DNA of 64,000 nucleotides from an uncultured Candidatus Saccharibacteria bacterium (lineage in GTDB: Bacteria; Patescibacteriota; Saccharimonadia; Saccharimonadales; JBBQAJ01), in the NCBI GenBank assembly GCA_964597925.1, contig CAZQZT010000001.1, positions 13,629-77,628 of the forward strand, in the 5' to 3' direction. Positions 58,946 to 64,000 of this stretch are shown here, one piece after another. A model generated the notes under the pieces. That model had not been told where the DNA came from. It searched no databases and saw only the letters and a list, made by a program, of their open reading frames with translations. A program made the position numbers and the translations under genes. Each line of letters opens with the position of its first letter. Position 1 is the stretch's first letter.

Positions 58946-60550
58946 TTAGTATACGATTGTAAGCGTCTTTTCCCGCTCAACTAGTTCATCAAATTCTCTT
59001 GCTAACTGCTTATTTTCAGCCTCGGCTGCTTCCCGGGCTTTCACTTCAAAAAGTGCTGGTTGTTTTGCTTCAGCTGTTGTCTGAATACTATCAACTACGT
59101 CTTTTGTTGGGTCTTCGCCTTTGTCAAATTTTGTTTGGCAGTTTCTACATACACTACATGGACCAACTTCAGTCTCGCCCGGTCGAGTAAAACATGACCT
59201 AACCTGACAAACTCCTTTTTTCCACTTCCAGTTACTTTTATTTTCGGCATTCGAAAAATTATTTCTTTCATCTGTACTATTATTTCTGTCTTGTTCAGAT
59301 CCAAAATTTGAGTCATTAACCCCCGCACAGCCACCGCCAACACGAACATTTTCACCAGCTACCAATTTGTTGTTTTGGGCCTCTAGAAATACTGTTTGAT
59401 TTCCGTTTTGCCAAGCCATCTGCAATAACATCTCATTGCTATGAATTCTGTCTGAAGCGCCTAAGTCAAGCTGGCTGAGCACATCTGGATTATTGGTAAT
59501 TACAGCAGCTGGCACCCATAGCATATTTCTTTTAGCATTTTCGAGCACCACAGCCAATTGTCGAGTCATTTTAATGTCTGTGTTTGACAGCTGATGTTGC
59601 TGAATAATTTCTAGATCGTCATTGCTCCAATGTCCTTGCAAACCGAAAATAAAACTTCTTATCTCAAGATTTGCATAACCCATTTTCATGCCTTCAGCCA
59701 GATCAATTTCAAAACTTAACCAGCGCTCGGCAATGCTTTCAGCTTTGCGTCGCATGTCTTCTTGATCGTCATGATAACGCTCCAGCTGATAAGAAACACT
59801 CTCAGCCAACTTTTCGTCAGCTATATATGGCAAAACCGCTTCTATCAAGCTTACCGGCCCCTTCGGCAGCACCTCAAGTGGTACCTCGAGTTCACGGTGA
59901 ACCTCCATAACCCCAAGTGCTGATTCGGGATTTGCTACTTTAATTGATTTACCGAAGATATTGTCAGAATCTTCGAGCATTGCTACCCACGCCGTTAGCG
60001 GAATGTCGCGTGCAAGCAAAGACTGCAAGATTCGTTTATCAGCCCTACTACCTTCTTCACGCTCTATCCAGCTGACCCTGACTGAATCATCGTCACCTAA
60101 ATGTTCTTGTTTGGCTATTTCGTAAGGGGCATCTGCTTCGCTAATCCTCGGAGAGATGAAAACTTTCACTACACCTGGCCTTAAGTCTGTTTCTGCGTGC
60201 CTCGCTTCATCAACCTCGACGTCAACGCGACTTCTAGCTACTTCGTGAATATGAAAATCATAGCCGGACATAGCAGCTTCTACGGCAGTTTTACCTAGCC
60301 ACATGAAAGTTCGTTTTTGGGTTTCCGGATCTATTGATAACGTGTGCTCAGTTCTTGAAACAGCAAATGGCATTGCAGCTTCTTGGACAGCGGTCGTAAG
60401 ATTCAACAGCAAGTCATCAAGCACATAATCTTCAAATGAACCATCTGGTAAACGATTCGCATTTAGATGGTCGACTTCTGTTAAGACTCGTTCATCAATT
60501 GGGATCGGTTGTCTGTTTGCACTTTCAACTGTTCCGGCTGCTTCGGCCAT
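58946..60550 (-). CDS. Large hypothetical protein with a C-terminal zinc ribbon
   Basis: ORF 58946..60715. Start at Met-56 (60550) is preferred (GAGGG SD 7 nt upstream). C-terminus has CQVRSCFTRPGETEVGPCSVCRNCQ. No domain I can name. Confidence 0.5.
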   Translation of the reverse strand: MAEAAGTVESANRQPIPIDERVLTEVDHLNANRLPDGSFEDYVLDDLLLNLTTAVQEAAMPFAVSRTEHTLSIDPETQKRTFMWLGKTAVEAAMSGYDFHIHEVARSRVDVEVDEARHAETDLRPGVVKVFISPRISEADAPYEIAKQEHLGDDDSVRVSWIEREEGSRADKRILQSLLARDIPLTAWVAMLEDSDNIFGKSIKVANPESALGVMEVHRELEVPLEVLPKGPVSLIEAVLPYIADEKLAESVSYQLERYHDDQEDMRRKAESIAERWLSFEIDLAEGMKMGYANLEIRSFIFGLQGHWSNDDLEIIQQHQLSNTDIKMTRQLAVVLENAKRNMLWVPAAVITNNPDVLSQLDLGASDRIHSNEMLLQMAWQNGNQTVFLEAQNNKLVAGENVRVGGGCAGVNDSNFGSEQDRNNSTDERNNFSNAENKSNWKWKKGVCQVRSCFTRPGETEVGPCSVCRNCQTKFDKGEDPTKDVVDSIQTTAEAKQPALFEVKAREAAEAENKQLAREFDELVEREKTLTIVY

Positions 60551-60806
60551 ATAAAAACCCTCGCTCTCCGGGAGCAAGGGTATGAATGTCTTCATTGCTC
60601 CTGCTCGGGAGACTTTACCTGCTGTATCGGGCTTTAACCGTTGCGGCACAGCGCGAGAATTACACTCACTTCCAGCATTTTTTATTAAAAAGAACTTATT
60701 TAGAGTGTACCACAACCCTGGCTACGCTATATGTAGTATTTTTAGAAGATATTTTTATACTATGTGTGCTTTTTACCATATATCGACTCTTATCATAAAG
60801 TTTCTG

Positions 60807-61604
60807 CTAATACAGAGCAACCGCTGCCAAAATGCATACCCCTAATACTATTCGATAGTACGCAAAGATCGTTAAATCATGCTTGCTAAGATAGCGAATC
60901 AAAAACCGAATAGCAAACAAACCGCTCACTAGCGCAGACAATATGCCGGCCAGAAAGATACTAGGCTGTTGGCTTAGCGCTTGGCCGCCGCCATCTGACA
61001 TTATTTTCACTATCGCACCTAGGGTGATTGGAATTGCTAGCAAAAATGAAAATCGCGTAGCTGATACCCTATCTAGACCGGCAAATACCCCTGCAGTTAT
61101 AGTTATGCCGGATCTTGAAACTCCTGGTACAAGCGCCACTGCTTGAGCAACACCTATTACGGCTGCTTGAGATACTTTCGTTTGCAGTAGAGTAGTCTTA
61201 TTTTCATAATGACGCCTGGCATAGCCTTCAGCTGCCAACATAAAAAATGCTACTAAAATAAGGTTAACTGCAACTAGAGCTGCTGATCGAAAACTAGTTT
61301 CAGCAACGTCTTGCAATAGCACACCCATAAACACAGCTGGAATAGTTGCCCCCACTAGCAACCAAGCTAGGCCCTTATGATCATTGCGGCCGAGTATGCC
61401 TTTTGCCAGCAACAACAAATCCTTATAAAAGAAAATGGCAAGCGCTGTTAGCGTTCCTATATGTAGTGCCACGTCGAACGCTAGGCCATTTTCTTCTATA
61501 CCAAAAAGTGCATGAAAAATCACAAGATGTCCACTGCTAGATACAGGTATAAACTCAGTGAGACCCTGTACTATCCCTAAAATTATCGCTTCAAATATCG
61601 TCAT
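60807..61604 (-). CDS. uppP: Undecaprenyl-diphosphate phosphatase
   Basis: GIVQGLTEFIPVSSSGHL and PGVSRSGITI motifs, 8 TM. Confidence 0.95.
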   Translation of the reverse strand: MTIFEAIILGIVQGLTEFIPVSSSGHLVIFHALFGIEENGLAFDVALHIGTLTALAIFFYKDLLLLAKGILGRNDHKGLAWLLVGATIPAVFMGVLLQDVAETSFRSAALVAVNLILVAFFMLAAEGYARRHYENKTTLLQTKVSQAAVIGVAQAVALVPGVSRSGITITAGVFAGLDRVSATRFSFLLAIPITLGAIVKIMSDGGGQALSQQPSIFLAGILSALVSGLFAIRFLIRYLSKHDLTIFAYYRIVLGVCILAAVALY

Positions 61605-61630
61605 CTATATCTAGTATAGCCTAGGGATTC

Positions 61631-62083
61631 CTACTTTGAAGTTCGGTTTTTAAGCTCGCTGAGCCTAGGAATGAAGCTTTGGGCCGCTCCGTCTAGCCCC
61701 AATACTTTTAGGGCACCAATTAGCACATATAGTTCGTCTAGTTCTGAATTTTGTATACCGGGCAGGCTCTCGGCTTGACTAAAACGATACTCAACTTTTT
61801 CTACCAGCCATTTTTCGTCTGCTGGTTTTATTTCGTTGGTCTGAAGTTTGGCCGTTTCGGCTGACTGTACTACTTCCAATGAGCGGGCGGAATGGTCTCT
61901 TTTGTGCAATTGCCCACGCTTTATTAGGTTATTTACGTGCAATGCCACAGTTGCCACAGAGTTATAGTTCAACCCGGCCATAATTTCCCTGTAACTGGGA
62001 CTATAGCCATGCTCGGCTATAAACTCAGCTATAAAGTCTAACAGCTCGCGCTGCTTCTTGGTTGGGCGAATGGTTTCTGGCAC
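61631..62083 (-). CDS. LexA-like wHTH repressor lacking the S24 peptidase domain
   Basis: LTKKQRELLDFIAEFIAEHGYSPSYREIMAGLNYNSVATVALHVNNLIKRGQL matches the LexA DNA-binding domain. The C-terminal 70 aa has no Ser/Lys dyad region. Confidence 0.7.
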   Translation of the reverse strand: MPETIRPTKKQRELLDFIAEFIAEHGYSPSYREIMAGLNYNSVATVALHVNNLIKRGQLHKRDHSARSLEVVQSAETAKLQTNEIKPADEKWLVEKVEYRFSQAESLPGIQNSELDELYVLIGALKVLGLDGAAQSFIPRLSELKNRTSK

Positions 62084-62526
62084 TACTTTTTACCTTTTTT
62101 AGTTTTTTGAGGATACTTATCTGGGAATACCCAGTATTTGTACCAGGCGTAGTTCCAAAAAGTGAAAAAGCCAGATGCAATAAACTGGCCAATGTACGGC
62201 GTAATGCCGATTTGCTTGAGTCCCCAGACTATCAAAAAGTCTAATACAAAATTTACTAATGTTATGGTGATATATCGGTTAGTAACTTCGGTCTGGTGTT
62301 TTTTTAGTTTTGGATTATTAAATACCCAGTAGCGCTGCAAAAGATAATTTACCGTCCAGCCCACTAGGGTAGCAATTGACTTTGCCCAGAAAAAGCTCCC
62401 GCCTAAAATCTTATCAATTACAAAAAAAGTGGCGTAGCCTGACCAGAAATAAGCCCCCCCGCTGATCATGTATTCGGTGAAGCGCTTTATTTCTCGTTGC
62501 TGCTTTTTTTTAATTCGAAATTTCAT
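62083..62526 (-). CDS. GtrA-family membrane protein
   Basis: 147 aa, 4 TM, with YLLQRYWVFNN and FWNYAWYKYWVF motifs. Confidence 0.75.
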   Translation of the reverse strand: MKFRIKKKQQREIKRFTEYMISGGAYFWSGYATFFVIDKILGGSFFWAKSIATLVGWTVNYLLQRYWVFNNPKLKKHQTEVTNRYITITLVNFVLDFLIVWGLKQIGITPYIGQFIASGFFTFWNYAWYKYWVFPDKYPQKTKKGKK

Positions 62527-62592
62527 ACTGCTTCTGCTTGGTTTTCAGTATAACAGTTGTCTGCTTGAGAAGTGTTACAATGATGTCAGTTT

Positions 62593-64000
62593 ATGAAGAA
62601 TAACGCTTCTCTAGTCTATGCCTTTTTGCTAATTATTGGTGACTTTATCGCCTTGCTGGCTGCTTTTAGTGCTGCCTACATACTGCGTGTAAAAATTGAT
62701 CCGCGTCCGCTTATAGAACAAATTCCAGCCGCTACATATTTCTCTGCTGTCGCCACAGTGCTACCGCTTTGGATTTTAGTAAATGCCTTTATAGGACTGT
62801 ATAACCAGAGTATCTACGAACGCCGATTCGCAGAACTAGGCCGATTATTAGTAGGATCGATTCTGGGAATTCTGGTGGTTATAGGCTATGACTTTGTGGC
62901 TCAAAAAGGCATATTTCCAGCCCGACTCGTACCTGTATATGGGCTGGCACTTGGTTTTAGCTTTTTGGTACTGTTTAGAGCTTTTGCCCGCATTTTACGT
63001 AGATGGTTGTATCACTACGGTATTGGGGTTAGCAATGTCTTAATTATTGGCGACACACCGGCTACCAAACAGATTGCTGAAGGCCTGAGCAACACCAGAC
63101 AAACTGGCATGAAAGTACTGGCCCTAGTAGCTAGTAAATACGAAGGATTTAATACCTACGACTCGTTTGCCTCGGCCGTCACAGAACTAAAGCAGCCCAT
63201 TCATAGCATCATCCAGACCGAACTGTACCGTGATCAGGACAAAAACAACACTATTTTACTCTACGCACAGCAAAACCATGTGGCCTATCGGTTCGTTCCC
63301 GGAAACACTGATTTGTTCGTCGGTAACATCACCGTTGAACTATTTGGTGGCTTGCCCATGATAGCCGTTCACCAAACTGCTTTGACGGGTTGGGGTCGAA
63401 TTGCCAAACGACTATTCGACATATTTCTTAGCGGTCTAATGTTGGTAATTTTGTCACCTGTATTCGTTATTATTGCAATCTTAGAGTTTCTGAGTGGCGG
63501 CAAACCGCTGTTTCGCCAGACTCGCCTGACTCGATTTAACATTAAATTTACCTGCTATAAATTTCGCACCGTCAAACATAAATACAATGGTTTACTGCCT
63601 GAAGAAGGCTTTGAGCTCATGGGCAAACCAGAACTTGCCATAAAGTACCGAAAAAACGGCGATTTTCTTAAAAATGATCCACGCCTAACCCGCCTCGGTC
63701 TTTTTCTGCGCAAAAGTAGCCTAGATGAACTGCCCCAGCTATTCAACGTGCTAAAGGGCGACCTCAGCCTCGTAGGACCTAGAGCACTTGTACCAAGAGA
63801 GTTAGACAATTATTCCAAAAAGCACGCTATTTTGAGTGTAAAGTCAGGGATAACTGGACTAGCTCAGATCTCTGGACGTAAAAACATCAGTTTTGAAGAA
63901 CGGCGTACACTAGACATGTACTACGTACAGAACTGGAGTTTTTGGAATGACATAGTCATTTTGCTTAAAACTCTACGTGCCGTATTTAGTGGAATCGGAG
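62593..64000 (+). CDS. Polyprenyl glycosylphosphotransferase (bacterial sugar transferase, WbaP-like), partial at window end
   Basis: Own translation from ATG 62593: [18 protein letters not shown]... with C-terminal [35 protein letters not shown]. Not in the ORF track because no stop occurs before 64000. Confidence 0.85.
   Translation, partial: MKNNASLVYAFLLIIGDFIALLAAFSAAYILRVKIDPRPLIEQIPAATYFSAVATVLPLWILVNAFIGLYNQSIYERRFAELGRLLVGSILGILVVIGYDFVAQKGIFPARLVPVYGLALGFSFLVLFRAFARILRRWLYHYGIGVSNVLIIGDTPATKQIAEGLSNTRQTGMKVLALVASKYEGFNTYDSFASAVTELKQPIHSIIQTELYRDQDKNNTILLYAQQNHVAYRFVPGNTDLFVGNITVELFGGLPMIAVHQTALTGWGRIAKRLFDIFLSGLMLVILSPVFVIIAILEFLSGGKPLFRQTRLTRFNIKFTCYKFRTVKHKYNGLLPEEGFELMGKPELAIKYRKNGDFLKNDPRLTRLGLFLRKSSLDELPQLFNVLKGDLSLVGPRALVPRELDNYSKKHAILSVKSGITGLAQISGRKNISFEERRTLDMYYVQNWSFWNDIVILLKTLRAVFSGIG

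Overview
This is a gene-dense 64-kb chromosomal window, moderately AT-rich (not computed), with most genes on the minus strand. The housekeeping set is ruvA/ruvC/yebC, hrcA-grpE-dnaK-dnaJ, lepA, murJ, ftsH, tilS, dus, a murC-like ligase, tsaC, idi, aspS, nadD and uppP. Also present are a type IV pilin, an Rpf/LysM protein, an RRM RNA-binding protein, a LexA-like repressor lacking a peptidase domain, a decayed comEC and a heliorhodopsin. Together these suggest a small-genome Patescibacteria/CPR (Saccharibacteria-like) organism; this is inference only. There are four tRNA genes (Lys-UUU and three CAU tRNAs) and no rRNA or CRISPR.

Main hunt results:
1. tRNA-Lys is followed by an array of single-gene units (2.65-7.7 kb). 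The units are separated by a conserved ~45-nt junction repeat that reuses the tRNA 3' end and its flank. Each unit has its own hairpin terminator and a leaderless-type promoter. No recombinase is in the window. It resembles an integron but is anchored on a tRNA and does not look like attC.
2. A ~70-90-nt structured RNA element occurs in five copies with compensatory and G-U changes in its stems. Two copies are fused to the 5' ends of tRNA genes. Two sit in tandem on the minus strand, each followed by a Shine-Dalgarno sequence and a ~31-codon micro-ORF. One is an orphan.
3. A cluster of three ATP-grasp ligases (one RimK-like), a RimB-like retropepsin protease and DUF192 lies divergent from a GGDEF cyclase.
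4. A heliorhodopsin sits next to a TetR regulator with a clear operator and a fasciclin protein.
5. Three unknown small ORFs with their own SD sequences are interleaved in the hrcA-grpE-dnaK-dnaJ operon.
6. A decayed integrative element lies at the initiator-like tRNA, with serine-recombinase remnants.

All functional calls come from motif recognition by eye. No database search was run.
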